From a bacterium (GTDB lineage Bacteria > Patescibacteriota > Minisyncoccia > UBA6257 > MFKM01): 64,000 nucleotides of DNA. The notes beneath the pieces were generated by a model. The model was given only the letters and a program-made list of their open reading frames with translations, searched no databases and was not told the origin of the DNA. The stretch covers positions 134,618-198,617 of the forward strand of contig JAUYAV010000019.1 in assembly GCA_030693325.1 (NCBI GenBank). The letters run 5' to 3'. How positions within the stretch are numbered: position 1 is the stretch's first letter; each line of letters opens with the position of its first letter. Below are positions 1 to 10,218 of this stretch, piece after piece. A program made the position numbers and the translations under genes.

Positions 1-1
1 A

Positions 2-1711
2 AATACTCCAAAATTAAAAAAACTTATAATCGGCGAGGGCTTGATTAGCGCCGAGGAATTTGATGTTTTAGCCGTTGAAGCCGATAGAAAGAAACAGAAT
101 CTGGTTGACCTTTTGATTTCCCGGGGCTTTATAACCTTGGATTATTTTTATACGCTTTTATCAAAATCTTTAACAATAAACCGGATTGATTTAAAAGCCC
201 AAAAAATTGATGAAACAATTTTGAATCTTTTACCGCAGGATTTAGCCCAGTCGCGCCGGGTTATTATTTTTAACCGCGAAGCCGACGGCACTTTGGACGC
301 GGCTATGGAAGACCCCACTAATTTAAATATTTTGGATTTTTTACAGCGCCGTCTTGAAGCTAAGATAAAACCGTTTTTGGTTACCGACGCCGAACTTGAT
401 TGGGGATTTTCTTTATATGAAGCGCGTTTAGCCCAGGATTTCAGAAAAATAATTGAAGAAAACGTTGAGGCCTCTCTGCGCTCCCATCTTCGCAAGGAAG
501 AAGAACTGGCCGTAGCCGCCGGCGAACTGCCCATTATCGCTATTGTGAATAATCTTTTGGCTTATGCGGCTTCTGTCCAGGCTTCCGATATCCATCTGGA
601 AATTTCTGAAGATAATGTCGTGGTTCGTTTCCGCATTGACGGTATTCTTCATGAAATCATCAGAATTCCCAAGGCGGCTCAGCCGGCGATTGTCGCCCGG
701 ATTAAGCTTTTGTCCGGCTTAAGAGTTGACGAACATTCCCGGCCTCAGGACGGCCGTTTTCGTTTTGAGAGCAGTAAGCAATTCATTGATATCCGGGTTT
801 CGGTGATGCCTACTTTTTACGGCGAAAAACTGGAAATGCGGCTGTTGTCCGCCGCCCAAAAACCTCTTTCTTTTGCCGAGTTGGGGATGCTTAAAGACGA
901 TATTAAAATTTTGGAAGAAAATATCAAAAAAACTTTCGGAATGCTTTTAGTTTGCGGGCCGACCGGTTCCGGGAAAACCACCACGCTGTATTCGGTTTTA
1001 AATACCCTAAATCGTCCCGAAGTCAATATCGTCACTATTGAAGACCCGATAGAATACAACATCCGTTATGTCAACCAGACCCAGGTTAATCCCGCGGCGG
1101 ATATCACTTTCGCCAACGGCTTGAGGGCGATTTTGCGGCAAGACCCGAATATTATTATGGTCGGTGAAATTCGGGATGTCGAAACAGCGGAAATAGCCGT
1201 TCAATCTGCTCTTACCGGCCACTTGGTTCTATCAAGCTTGCACACTAATGACGCGCCGACCGCTGTTCCACGATTGATGGATATGAAAATTCCTCCTTTT
1301 TTGGTAGCCGCCGTTTTAAATGTGATTGTGTCTCAGCGTTTGGTTCGGCAGATCCACCGCGACTGCATTGAATCTTATATTCCGGAGAAAGAAATTTTAG
1401 AGGCTATCCGCAAACAATTGATTGATTTGGGTTTTAGCTCGGAAAATATTAAACTTCCAAAAGCTTTTTATCGCGGTCGGGGATGCCCGGCTTGCAATTC
1501 TACCGGTTATTCGGGCAGAATGGCTATTTTTGAAATACTTAATGTCACCGATGAAATAAGGAAGTTGATTGTCAGTCCGGATTTCTCGCTTGACGCCATC
1601 AGCGGAATGGCTCATAAAGAGGGAATGGTTTCTATGTTTGAAGATGGACTTAAGAAAATTGAATTAGGAATTACGACAGTTGAAGAATTAATGAGGGTAA
1701 TCCGCGAGTAA
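2..1711 (+). CDS. pilB: Type IV pilus assembly ATPase PilB / GspE family. It is 5'-partial: the reading frame is open to the window edge and the ORF track starts at a TTG at 41.
   Basis: Walker A GPTGSGKTT; GspE N-terminal domain; C-terminal CxxC…CxxC typical of PilB/GspE; followed by pilC. Confidence 0.85.
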   Translation, partial: NTPKLKKLIIGEGLISAEEFDVLAVEADRKKQNLVDLLISRGFITLDYFYTLLSKSLTINRIDLKAQKIDETILNLLPQDLAQSRRVIIFNREADGTLDAAMEDPTNLNILDFLQRRLEAKIKPFLVTDAELDWGFSLYEARLAQDFRKIIEENVEASLRSHLRKEEELAVAAGELPIIAIVNNLLAYAASVQASDIHLEISEDNVVVRFRIDGILHEIIRIPKAAQPAIVARIKLLSGLRVDEHSRPQDGRFRFESSKQFIDIRVSVMPTFYGEKLEMRLLSAAQKPLSFAELGMLKDDIKILEENIKKTFGMLLVCGPTGSGKTTTLYSVLNTLNRPEVNIVTIEDPIEYNIRYVNQTQVNPAADITFANGLRAILRQDPNIIMVGEIRDVETAEIAVQSALTGHLVLSSLHTNDAPTAVPRLMDMKIPPFLVAAVLNVIVSQRLVRQIHRDCIESYIPEKEILEAIRKQLIDLGFSSENIKLPKAFYRGRGCPACNSTGYSGRMAIFEILNVTDEIRKLIVSPDFSLDAISGMAHKEGMVSMFEDGLKKIELGITTVEELMRVIRE

Positions 1712-1825
1712 TATTTTTCTCTATATTTATCTTTTTTATCAACATTTATCTTATGGTCAAACAGATAAAAATAGAGATAATAATAGATAAACATAGATAA
1801 AATTAAGAAATAAAAATAATTAACC

Positions 1826-3034
1826 ATGAGATTTTCCTACATAGCCAGCGAGCCTTCCGGAAAAATTGTTGAAGGCGAAATGGAAGCCCAGGGAGTGGCG
1901 GAGGTTTTGGAATTTTTAGCCGGCAAAGGATTGAAACCGGTCAGTGTCAAAATTGTCAAGGGAGTCAAGACGGGCGGCGGAGGTTTTTTGAGCGCCACGA
2001 TTACCGAAACCGATAAAATTTTCATTACCAAATATTTGGGGTTGATGTTGAAGGTAGGCACTGATCTTTTGCAGGCCATTGAGGTTCTGATAACGGATTT
2101 TGACAAGCCGGTTGTCAAGATGTTTTTGAGCGAGGTGCGAGCAAACTTGAAAAAAGGCCAGCCCTTTTATCTTTCTTTCGCTAAATATCCGAGATTTTTT
2201 AATAAGGTTTTTGTCAATTTGATAAAAGCGGGGGAGGCCTCTGGAAATCTGGATAAAGTTTTGGAAGATATGAGCGTCACTTTGGAAAAACAGCAGGATA
2301 TTAAAAATCGCATCAAGGGGGTTTTGATTTATCCGATTTTTCTTCTGGCGACTTCGTTTTTCATCCTATTTTTTTTGGTTACCTTCGCTCTTCCGAAAAT
2401 TGCCAATGTTTTTGTGGGAGGCGGGTTTAAGCCGCCGCTATTTTCAAGGATTGTTTTCGCCGTAGGAGGATTTTTCGGAAAATATGCTTTATTTTTATTG
2501 TTCTTTTTGATTATCGGAGGAATCGCCGCTTTTTATTTTTATAAAACCTCCGTTGCCTTTCGGCGCTACGTTTTTAATCTTTTAAATTATTTTCCCGGAG
2601 TTCGCGATGTTATTAACAAGATAGCTCTCCAGCGATTTGCCGCGACCCTGGCTTCTTTAATTGAAGCCGGCTTGCCCCTGACTCAAGGGATAGAACTTAC
2701 GGCCCAGGCGGTTGGCAACGAAGAAATGGCAGAAGCGCTTTTAAGAATTTCCAGGGAAGGCATAACTAAAGGTTTGAGCGTGAGTGATTCTTTCCGGAGA
2801 GAAGCGATTTTCCCGCGGGTGGTTGTTAATCTAATCGCGATTTCAGAAAAAGCCGGTCATATTGAAAATGTTTTAAAAACCCTAAGTCATTTTTATGAAA
2901 ACGAAACTGACACATCCATCAAGTTTATGGTTTCCATGCTTGAACCGGCTCTTTTGATGGGTATGGGTGTCGTTGTCGGAACGATTGCCCTTTCTATAAT
3001 TGTTCCTATATATCAGTTGACAACCAAATTTTAA
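1826..3034 (+). CDS. pilC: Type IV pilus inner-membrane platform protein PilC/GspF
   Basis: 402 aa; two GspF-like repeats with TM segments; immediately downstream of pilB. Confidence 0.85.
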   Translation: MRFSYIASEPSGKIVEGEMEAQGVAEVLEFLAGKGLKPVSVKIVKGVKTGGGGFLSATITETDKIFITKYLGLMLKVGTDLLQAIEVLITDFDKPVVKMFLSEVRANLKKGQPFYLSFAKYPRFFNKVFVNLIKAGEASGNLDKVLEDMSVTLEKQQDIKNRIKGVLIYPIFLLATSFFILFFLVTFALPKIANVFVGGGFKPPLFSRIVFAVGGFFGKYALFLLFFLIIGGIAAFYFYKTSVAFRRYVFNLLNYFPGVRDVINKIALQRFAATLASLIEAGLPLTQGIELTAQAVGNEEMAEALLRISREGITKGLSVSDSFRREAIFPRVVVNLIAISEKAGHIENVLKTLSHFYENETDTSIKFMVSMLEPALLMGMGVVVGTIALSIIVPIYQLTTKF

Positions 3035-3036
3035 TC

Positions 3037-3528
3037 ATGGAACATAAAACATTCCAAGATTCAAAAAAAAGCGGCTTTACTTTAATTGAGCTTTTAATAA
3101 CAATAGCCATTTTGACGACCCTCGCGGTTATTGGCGGCGTTAATCTTTTTAGTTATTCCAGCCGTCAAAGTTTAACCTCGGCCGCCGATGAAATTGTCGC
3201 CATTCTCAGGCAGGCCCAAACTAGTTCCATAAGTCAGGAAAGCGGAGACCAATGGGGTGTTCATTTTTTAAATGCGACAACGACCCAGGGTTTGATTCAG
3301 CTTTTTCACGGGTCCAGCTTTGCCGCCGGCACCTTGGTTAACAGCCAGGTTTTGCCTTCCGGCGTTCAATTTATTAATCCCGTTTCTGGTACTTCCACGG
3401 ATGTTATTTTTTCAAAAGTGACTGGTTATCCGAATGCCTCCGCGTCTATCAAGTTGGCTCTTATAATTGATTCTAATACGTCTTCCACTATTACTATCAG
3501 CGCCATAGGTAAGGTGTCTAGATTTTAG
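3037..3528 (+). CDS. Prepilin-type N-terminal cleavage/methylation domain protein (pilin/pseudopilin)
   Basis: N-terminus KKSGFTLIELLITIAIL: class III signal G|FTLIE followed by a hydrophobic helix. Confidence 0.8.
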   Translation: MEHKTFQDSKKSGFTLIELLITIAILTTLAVIGGVNLFSYSSRQSLTSAADEIVAILRQAQTSSISQESGDQWGVHFLNATTTQGLIQLFHGSSFAAGTLVNSQVLPSGVQFINPVSGTSTDVIFSKVTGYPNASASIKLALIIDSNTSSTITISAIGKVSRF

Positions 3529-3583
3529 CGGCGATTAGAATTTTGTTTAATGATTTTTTATTGTTAAAATAATTTTATGAAGA

Positions 3584-4210
3584 ATGCGCATTAAAAATAA
3601 CAAAGGCCAGGCCCTGATAGAAATTCTTGTCGGTTTGGCTGTGGGCGCTATTTTAATAGGCGGGGCGACTGCGGCGATAGTGGCAATTTTGCGTTCCAAT
3701 TTGGAAAGTAAAAATTTTCAAGCCGCTTCTTCTCTGAGTCAGGAATTATTAGACGATGCCAAAACGATGGCCGAAGCCGACTGGCATAATATTTATAATT
3801 TAAGCAAGGGTTCCGGCACCCAATATTACGTGGCGGCTTCCGGTACAGTCTTGGCTGTTTTTTCCGGTACCACCACAACTCTGGTTGGAAATATCACTTA
3901 TACCAAATTTTTTTCCATAGAGGATGTCGGCCGTGATTCCTCCAATACTATCGTGGCCAGTGGCGGCACTGATGACCCCTCTACTCAAAAAATCACCAGC
4001 CATGCCCAGTGGCCAAGCGCCGGTAAAACATCGGATGTGCCTCTTATTGTTTATTTGACGCGCTGGCGAAATATAATTTCTCAACAGACCAATTGGTCGG
4101 GAGGGGTTGGTCAGACGGAGCCAGTTCTTGAATTCAGCAATCAATTCGCCAGCTCCACGGGTATTGATTATTCCTCCAGTACCGGCTCAATCATTATTCA
4201 GGGATTTTAA
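3584..4210 (+). CDS. Prepilin-type protein (second pilin/pseudopilin)
   Basis: N-terminus NKGQALIEILVGLAVGAIL: G|QALIE prepilin motif. Confidence 0.75.
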   Translation: MRIKNNKGQALIEILVGLAVGAILIGGATAAIVAILRSNLESKNFQAASSLSQELLDDAKTMAEADWHNIYNLSKGSGTQYYVAASGTVLAVFSGTTTTLVGNITYTKFFSIEDVGRDSSNTIVASGGTDDPSTQKITSHAQWPSAGKTSDVPLIVYLTRWRNIISQQTNWSGGVGQTEPVLEFSNQFASSTGIDYSSSTGSIIIQGF

Positions 4211-4212
4211 GA

Positions 4213-4394
4213 GCAAACCAAACTTGCCCTCGAAAATCCCGACTTCGTCGAGGATCCTCGATTTATCGGGACCAGAATAATTTTGCTCCAGCGACAAAAT
4301 TTTCTTTTCCCTCGTTCCGCTGGCTCTCCGCTTCGCTCCGAGGCCAAGCCCAGCGGAACTGCGGGATATTTTCTCAGACAAGTTTGGTTTGCTC
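4213..4394. repeat. GC-rich ~180-bp segment bounded by a 16-bp inverted repeat (gagcaaaccaaacttg / caagtttggtttgctc)
   Basis: Perfect terminal inverted repeats seen directly; internal palindromes (tcgaggatcctcga); no convincing ORF. Confidence 0.5.
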
Positions 4395-4423
4395 TAAGAA
4401 AGAGTTTTTTCCTAAAGGAAGTT

Positions 4424-4461
4424 TACTATTGTAATTCCACGATCGTGGAATTACAATAGTA
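4424..4461. repeat. 38-bp perfect palindrome TACTATTGTAATTCCACGATCGTGGAATTACAATAGTA (copy 1 of 3)
   Basis: Identical copies at ~55180 and ~62817; here it sits just upstream of the grpE promoter. Confidence 0.9.
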
Positions 4462-4475
4462 GGTGAATTTTATAG

Positions 4476-4503
4476 TTGACTTTGATTTTTTTGAAATTAT
4501 AAT
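4476..4503 (+). promoter_or_regulatory. Sigma70-like promoter for grpE-dnaK (TTGACT-N16-TATAAT)
   Basis: Near-consensus -35 and -10 hexamers 18 nt upstream of the grpE start. Confidence 0.55.
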
Positions 4504-4520
4504 TTATAGTTCATTTTGAT

Positions 4521-5078
4521 ATGGAAGAACAAACAACTCAACCAGAAGAAATTAAACCCGCCTCCGCTGACTCGGCCTCCATAGCCGAAGCTACTTCGGC
4601 GAAGGAGGCAGCTTCGGCGGGCAAGGAAGAAAAAACAGAGGACGAATTATCAAAATGCCAAAAAGAAAAGGATGAATATCTTGACGGCTGGAAACGCGCC
4701 AAAGCCGAACTTATCAATTATAAAAAAGATGAGGCTAAGCGGTTTGAAATAGTGATAAAGCTGGCTAATGAAGGACTGATTAAAGAATTATTATTGGTTT
4801 TGGACAGTTTTGATTTGGGATTGGCATCTTCGGAAAAAGAAGGTTCGGCGCAAAAAGGGATGTACTTGATTCGTTCGCAACTCAAGGATATTCTTAAATC
4901 TTACGGCTTGGAGGAAATAGAAACTTCGCCCGGCGAAAAATTTGATATAAATATTCATGAAGCAGTGGCAGAAATAGAATCAGATCAGCCGTCTGGAACT
5001 GTGATTGAAGAAGTTGAAAAGGGTTATTTATTAAACGGCCGGGTCATCAGGCCGGTTAGAGTAAGAATTTCTAAATAA
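4521..5078 (+). CDS. grpE: Nucleotide exchange factor GrpE
   Basis: 185 aa; acidic N-terminus, coiled coil and a GrpE-like C-terminal region; directly upstream of dnaK. Confidence 0.8.
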   Translation: MEEQTTQPEEIKPASADSASIAEATSAKEAASAGKEEKTEDELSKCQKEKDEYLDGWKRAKAELINYKKDEAKRFEIVIKLANEGLIKELLLVLDSFDLGLASSEKEGSAQKGMYLIRSQLKDILKSYGLEEIETSPGEKFDINIHEAVAEIESDQPSGTVIEEVEKGYLLNGRVIRPVRVRISK

Positions 5079-5086
5079 AATAAAAT

Positions 5087-6889
5087 ATGGCAAAAATTTT
5101 AGGCATTGATTTAGGGACAACATATTCGGCGATGGCGGTTATTGAAGCGGGGGAGCCGAAAATAATTGAAAACGCCGAGGGCAACCGGACGACGCCTTCC
5201 GTTGTATCTTTGAGCAAAAACGAGGAACGGCTGGTGGGTTTGCTGGCGAAACGGCAATCAGTCACCAACCCCAAAAACACTATTTTTTCAGTGAAACGTT
5301 TAATTGGCCGGAGGTTCACCGACAAAACCGTCCAATATGATAAGACCTGGTTTTCGTATGAAATTAAGGAGGGAGCTAACGGCGGCGTGGAAATAAAAAT
5401 GGGCGACCGTTGGTATAAGCCCGAGGAAATTTCGGCGATGATTTTGCAAAAATTCAAAGCGGATGCCGAAGCCAAACTGGGAGAAAAAATTGATGAAGCG
5501 GTTATCACCGTGCCGGCTTATTTTGACGACAGTCAGCGCCAAGCGACCAAAAACGCCGGAGAAATCGCCGGATTTAAAGTGCGGCTTATTCTTAACGAGC
5601 CGACAGCCGCGGCTTTGGCTTATGGTTTGAATAAAAATAAAAACGAACAGATTATTGTCTATGATTTCGGCGGCGGCACTTTTGATATTTCCATTCTGGA
5701 AGTCAGCGAAGATGTCATTGAAGTAAAAGGAACCGGCGGCGACACCCATTTGGGCGGCGATGATTTTGATAAAAGAATAATTGATTATTTGGTTTCCGAA
5801 TATAAAAAACAGGAAGGGGCTGACATTTCCAAAGACCCGTTGGCTTTACAGCGCTTAAAAGAAGCGGCTGAACGTGCCAAGCACGAACTTTCTACCGCTT
5901 TAGAAACCGAAATTAATCTTCCTTATATTACGACCGATGCTTCCGGTCCCAAACATTTCCTGATGAAATTAACCCGGGCTAAACTGGAAGAATTAGTCGG
6001 CGATTTGATTGAGCGCTCCATAAAATTAGTTGATGAAACTTTAAAAGAAGCGAACTTCAAACCCGCGGACATTGAGCAAATAGTTTTGGTCGGCGGCCAG
6101 ACGAGAATGCCGGCGATTCAGGAAGCGGTCAAAAAATTTTTCGGCAAAGAACCGCATAAAGATGTCAATCCGGATGAAGTGGTAGCGGCCGGAGCGGCTA
6201 TTCAGGCCGGAATTCTTCAGGGCGAAGTAAAAGATATTCTGCTTTTGGATGTTTCGCCTTTAGGCCTAAGTATTGAAACTATGGGCGGAATCGCGACCCC
6301 GATGATTCCGAAAAACACCACCATCCCAACGGCTAAAACCCAGGTTTTTTCCACGGCGGCTGACAGCCAGACGGCGGTGGAAGTTCATGTGCTTCAGGGA
6401 GAGCGGGAAATGGCGGCTGACAATAAAACTTTGGGCAAATTTTTTCTTGACGGAATTCCGCCGGCGTCTCGGGGCGTGCCCCAAATTGAAGTCACTTTTG
6501 ACATTGATGCTAACGGCATTTTGAATGTTTCCGCTAAAGATAAAGCCAGCGGCAAAACCCAGTCAATCAGAATTGAGGCGACCACTTCATTAAATAAAGA
6601 AGAAGTGGAGAGGTTGAAACAGGAAGCGGCGCTTCACGCCGAAGAAGATAAGAAAAAGAAAGAGTTAGTGGAAGCGAAAAATCAGGCGGAGTCATTGATT
6701 TATCTGGCGGAAAAAACGCTGAAAGAAAACGGCGAAAAAATCGGCCAGGAAGCCAAAGATTCCTTAACGGCAAAAATAGAAAAAATAAAATCAACCAAAG
6801 AAAGCGATAATACAGAAGAAATCCAAGCGGCGGTCAACGAACTTTCTCAAGCTCTTCAAGACATCGGCAAAGGATTGTATAATAAATAA
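5087..6889 (+). CDS. dnaK: Molecular chaperone DnaK (Hsp70)
   Basis: [18 protein letters not shown]; DLGGGTFD; full Hsp70 ATPase and substrate-binding domains. Confidence 0.97.
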   Translation: MAKILGIDLGTTYSAMAVIEAGEPKIIENAEGNRTTPSVVSLSKNEERLVGLLAKRQSVTNPKNTIFSVKRLIGRRFTDKTVQYDKTWFSYEIKEGANGGVEIKMGDRWYKPEEISAMILQKFKADAEAKLGEKIDEAVITVPAYFDDSQRQATKNAGEIAGFKVRLILNEPTAAALAYGLNKNKNEQIIVYDFGGGTFDISILEVSEDVIEVKGTGGDTHLGGDDFDKRIIDYLVSEYKKQEGADISKDPLALQRLKEAAERAKHELSTALETEINLPYITTDASGPKHFLMKLTRAKLEELVGDLIERSIKLVDETLKEANFKPADIEQIVLVGGQTRMPAIQEAVKKFFGKEPHKDVNPDEVVAAGAAIQAGILQGEVKDILLLDVSPLGLSIETMGGIATPMIPKNTTIPTAKTQVFSTAADSQTAVEVHVLQGEREMAADNKTLGKFFLDGIPPASRGVPQIEVTFDIDANGILNVSAKDKASGKTQSIRIEATTSLNKEEVERLKQEAALHAEEDKKKKELVEAKNQAESLIYLAEKTLKENGEKIGQEAKDSLTAKIEKIKSTKESDNTEEIQAAVNELSQALQDIGKGLYNK

Positions 6890-6892
6890 ATA

Positions 6893-7879
6893 ATGGCTGA
6901 TTTAATTTCTAAAGAAAGCGGCGGTTTTAATCAATCGTCTGTTAAAATTATCCCTCTTTTATTTTTGGAGATTGTTTCGGCTTTTTTGATGAGTTTTTAC
7001 TTTCGGCAGCTGATGACCGGTTTTAGCGTCCTGAATTTAATTTGGTTTTCAGCTGGGCTCGCTTTGTTTGTTATTATTTCTTTCCTAGCCGCTTTGTTTG
7101 TGAATGAATTACTATGGTCAAGTTTGGCGGCCGGTTTGTCGGTGATAGTCAGCCTGGCGGTTTTTTACGATTATTTTTCAGTGGTTTTGTTGGGATTCGG
7201 GTTTTTGATTTTTTTGATTTTGGTTTGGGGCATATCCAGATTAAAGACAGATTCAGATAATACCTTAAAGATTAATTTTTCTCACTTATCAAAAATATTT
7301 CTGTCTAAAATAACTTTAGCAACGGCGATTTTGCTTTGTCTTTTTGCTTATTTTTTGTTTTCTGCCAAGGGCGGTTTCCCGATTTCTTTTGAAAGTTTCC
7401 GGGTTTTCATACTGAAACCCAATGAAGGAATAATTAGTATTTTCGTTCCTAATTTTAAATTTCAGGAACCATTACAAAAGGTTTTGGCCGGCGTTCTGGA
7501 AAATCAATTATCCCAAAGTATCCCAAATTTTAAAAATTTACCGGCTTCAGTCAAAGAAACGGTTATCGCCTCGGCCGTTGATCAGGAATTCGGCGTTAGT
7601 TTGACCAAAGCTCTCGGTTATCAGGTCAATCTTAAGGACTCGGTTGACAAGGTTGTTTATGATTCTTTGGTGATAAAATTTGACCAGCTTGACCCAACGG
7701 CTAAAAATTGGATATATATCGGAGTTTTTGTTGCTTTGTTTTTTACCATCAGGTTTTTATTCATCCCGATAAATTGGGTGCTTTCTATTTTAATGTTTTT
7801 AATCTATCAATTACTGTTGGCGGTCAAGTTTGTCAGCATTAAATCGGAATCAAGAAGCAAGGAAGTTTTCAGTATATAA
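6893..7879 (+). CDS. Hypothetical polytopic membrane protein inserted between dnaK and dnaJ
   Basis: 328 aa, multiple hydrophobic helices, no recognisable motif. Confidence 0.5.
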   Translation: MADLISKESGGFNQSSVKIIPLLFLEIVSAFLMSFYFRQLMTGFSVLNLIWFSAGLALFVIISFLAALFVNELLWSSLAAGLSVIVSLAVFYDYFSVVLLGFGFLIFLILVWGISRLKTDSDNTLKINFSHLSKIFLSKITLATAILLCLFAYFLFSAKGGFPISFESFRVFILKPNEGIISIFVPNFKFQEPLQKVLAGVLENQLSQSIPNFKNLPASVKETVIASAVDQEFGVSLTKALGYQVNLKDSVDKVVYDSLVIKFDQLDPTAKNWIYIGVFVALFFTIRFLFIPINWVLSILMFLIYQLLLAVKFVSIKSESRSKEVFSI

Positions 7880-7900
7880 AAAATTTTCTCTAAATTTGGC

Positions 7901-9034
7901 ATGAGCAAGGATTACTATAAAATTTTAGGAGTGGAACGCAGCTCCTCGGCCGAGGAAATCAAAAAAGCTTTTTATAAGCTGGCTCATTTGTATCATCCTC
8001 ATAAAGCCGGCAAGGACGAAAAAAAATTCAAAGAATTAAACGAAAAATTCAAGGAAATCAACGAGGCCTATCAGGTGCTTTCCGACAAAAGCAAACGGGA
8101 ACAATATGACCGTTTTGGAAAAGTTTTTGAAGGAGCGTCGGCGGGCGGCGGGGAATGGCCTTCCGGGTTTGAACAGGGGTTTGGTTCATCAGGTGGCGGC
8201 CCTGGTTTTGATTTTGAAGGAGATTTGGGCGACCTCGGCGATTTGGGGGAATTTTTTGAGACTTTTTTCGGAGGAATGAGCGGGCGCCAGCCCAGACGCA
8301 CTTATCGCCGCGGGTCGGATATGGAAATAGTTCAGGAAATAAGTTTGGAAGAATCTTTTTCCGGGGTTCGGCGGCATTTGGAATATAAAACTTTTATCAC
8401 TTGCGATAAATGTAAAGGTTTGGGCTACGATAAAAAAGAAGGGAAAAGCGTTTGCTCAACTTGCGCCGGTCGCGGGGAAATCAAGGAAAACCGCCAGACC
8501 TTTTTCGGAAATTTTTCCCAGAATCGGGTTTGCTCCCAGTGCCATGGTATGGGCGAAGTGCCCAATAAAATTTGCCTGGAATGCAAAGGTTCCGGCCAGA
8601 AGTCCAGCATCAGGGAAGTGGATATTGATATTATCCCGGGCGTGGCTGACGGCCAGATTATAAAAATAAAAGGCATGGGCGAGGCGGGCGAGCGGGGCAG
8701 TGAAACCGGGGATTTATATGTCCGGATTAAAGAAAAACCCCATCCGCTTTTCCGCCGGGAAGGAGATGATTTGTATATGTCCCAGGATTTGAAATTCACC
8801 GAGGCCTTGCTGGGCAAAAAAATAAAAATAAATGATTTAAGCGGCGAATACCTGAATATTGAATTACCGGCCGGGTTTAATTTCAAAGAAAAATTGAAAG
8901 TTGGCGGCAAAGGGATGCCGCACTTGCATGGCATGGGCCGGGGTAATCTTTATATGGAATTTGACCTTAAACTGCCGAAACATCTTTCCGAAAAAGCCAA
9001 AAAAATAATTGAGGATTTAGACAAGGAGATATAA
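7901..9034 (+). CDS. dnaJ: Chaperone DnaJ. The J-domain, G/F region and four CxxCxGxG zinc-finger repeats are present, but the J-domain carries HPH instead of the HPD tripeptide.
   Basis: DYYKILGV…LYHPHK; [24 protein letters not shown] and CLECKGSG repeats. Confidence 0.9.
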   Translation: MSKDYYKILGVERSSSAEEIKKAFYKLAHLYHPHKAGKDEKKFKELNEKFKEINEAYQVLSDKSKREQYDRFGKVFEGASAGGGEWPSGFEQGFGSSGGGPGFDFEGDLGDLGDLGEFFETFFGGMSGRQPRRTYRRGSDMEIVQEISLEESFSGVRRHLEYKTFITCDKCKGLGYDKKEGKSVCSTCAGRGEIKENRQTFFGNFSQNRVCSQCHGMGEVPNKICLECKGSGQKSSIREVDIDIIPGVADGQIIKIKGMGEAGERGSETGDLYVRIKEKPHPLFRREGDDLYMSQDLKFTEALLGKKIKINDLSGEYLNIELPAGFNFKEKLKVGGKGMPHLHGMGRGNLYMEFDLKLPKHLSEKAKKIIEDLDKEI

Positions 9035-9165
9035 AGGGTTTTCTGCAGCCCAGTACATAACGCTTTATGTATGGGCTAGTTAGCAAACTTTTACCCCGCC
9101 GATGGCGGGGTGCTCAAATTTATGATAAAATTTATTTCACTAAGGGGTCATAAATTTTAATAAAT

Positions 9166-10218
9166 TTGGCAATGGAAATCATTTTTTTAATCGTTATTTT
9201 ATTGGTTTTATTGGGCGGCTTGGCGCTGATTTTTTGGTTTTTGAAAAATCGTTTAGCAGTGCCGAAAAATGACGAGCAATCTTTGCTGATGATTCAAAAC
9301 CAGATTGGTGAAATTACCAAAACTCTTGATAATAAACTTGGTGAGTCAACTAAAAGTATGCAAAGCCAGTTTGACAGCAGTAGCCGGTTAATCAAAGAAA
9401 TCACCCAGGAACTTACTAAAGTCGGTGAAGGGCAAAAGCAGGTGGTGGATGTCGCAAGGCAGTTGGAGGACCTTCAGGATATTTTAAAGAATCCGAAACA
9501 ACGGGGAAATTTGGGCGAATACTCCCTGGAACTGTTATTGCAGAATTTTTTTCCTCATAATTACGAATCCCAGTATGAATTTAAAGACGGCACGAAAGTT
9601 GATTTTATAATCCGCATTAAGGATAAAATTATCCCGATTGATTCTAAATTCAGTTTGGAAAATTATCAGAGAATTTCAGAAGCTAATGACGAAAACCAAA
9701 AGCAGAAACTGGAAGAAGCTTTTAAAAGCGATATCAAAAAACGCATTGATGAAACGGCTAAATATATCAAGCCGGAAGAAAATACGATGGATTTCGCTTT
9801 TATGTTTATTCCAAGCGAAGCGATTTATTATGACCTTTTAGTTAATAAAATCGGCGCTTTGAAAGTTAATACCCGCGATTTGATAGAGTATGCCACGAGA
9901 GAAAAGAAAGTGATTATCGTTTCGCCAACGTCATTTATAGCTTATCTTCAAACCGTTCTTCAGGGCCTGAAAGCCATGCATATAGAAGAAGAAACGAAGA
10001 CAATTATTAAAAACGTAGAAGAATTAAGACGGCATTTGATCGGTTATGCCGATTTTTCTAAAAAAATAGGAGTGCATCTGGGCACGACCGTTAATATGTA
10101 TAATCAATCACAAAAGGAATTCAAGAAAATAGATAAAGACGTTTTGAGAATTACGGGCAAGGTAGTGGGAGTAGAGCCCTTGAATTTAGAAAGTCCGGAA
10201 AATGAAGACGGAGAATAA
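9166..10218 (+). CDS. rmuC: DNA recombination protein RmuC-like
   Basis: N-terminal TM segment, long coiled coil and an RmuC-type C-terminal domain. Confidence 0.6.
   Translation: MAMEIIFLIVILLVLLGGLALIFWFLKNRLAVPKNDEQSLLMIQNQIGEITKTLDNKLGESTKSMQSQFDSSSRLIKEITQELTKVGEGQKQVVDVARQLEDLQDILKNPKQRGNLGEYSLELLLQNFFPHNYESQYEFKDGTKVDFIIRIKDKIIPIDSKFSLENYQRISEANDENQKQKLEEAFKSDIKKRIDETAKYIKPEENTMDFAFMFIPSEAIYYDLLVNKIGALKVNTRDLIEYATREKKVIIVSPTSFIAYLQTVLQGLKAMHIEEETKTIIKNVEELRRHLIGYADFSKKIGVHLGTTVNMYNQSQKEFKKIDKDVLRITGKVVGVEPLNLESPENEDGE

Noticed and set aside
4424-4461. 38-bp palindrome as an HrcA CIRCE element for the dnaK operon
   Set aside because: The sequence does not resemble TTAGCACTC-N9-GAGTGCTAA, and identical copies occur at non-chaperone loci.
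9638-9841. 67-aa ORF nested in rmuC
   Set aside because: It is a same-strand alternative frame inside a conserved gene.
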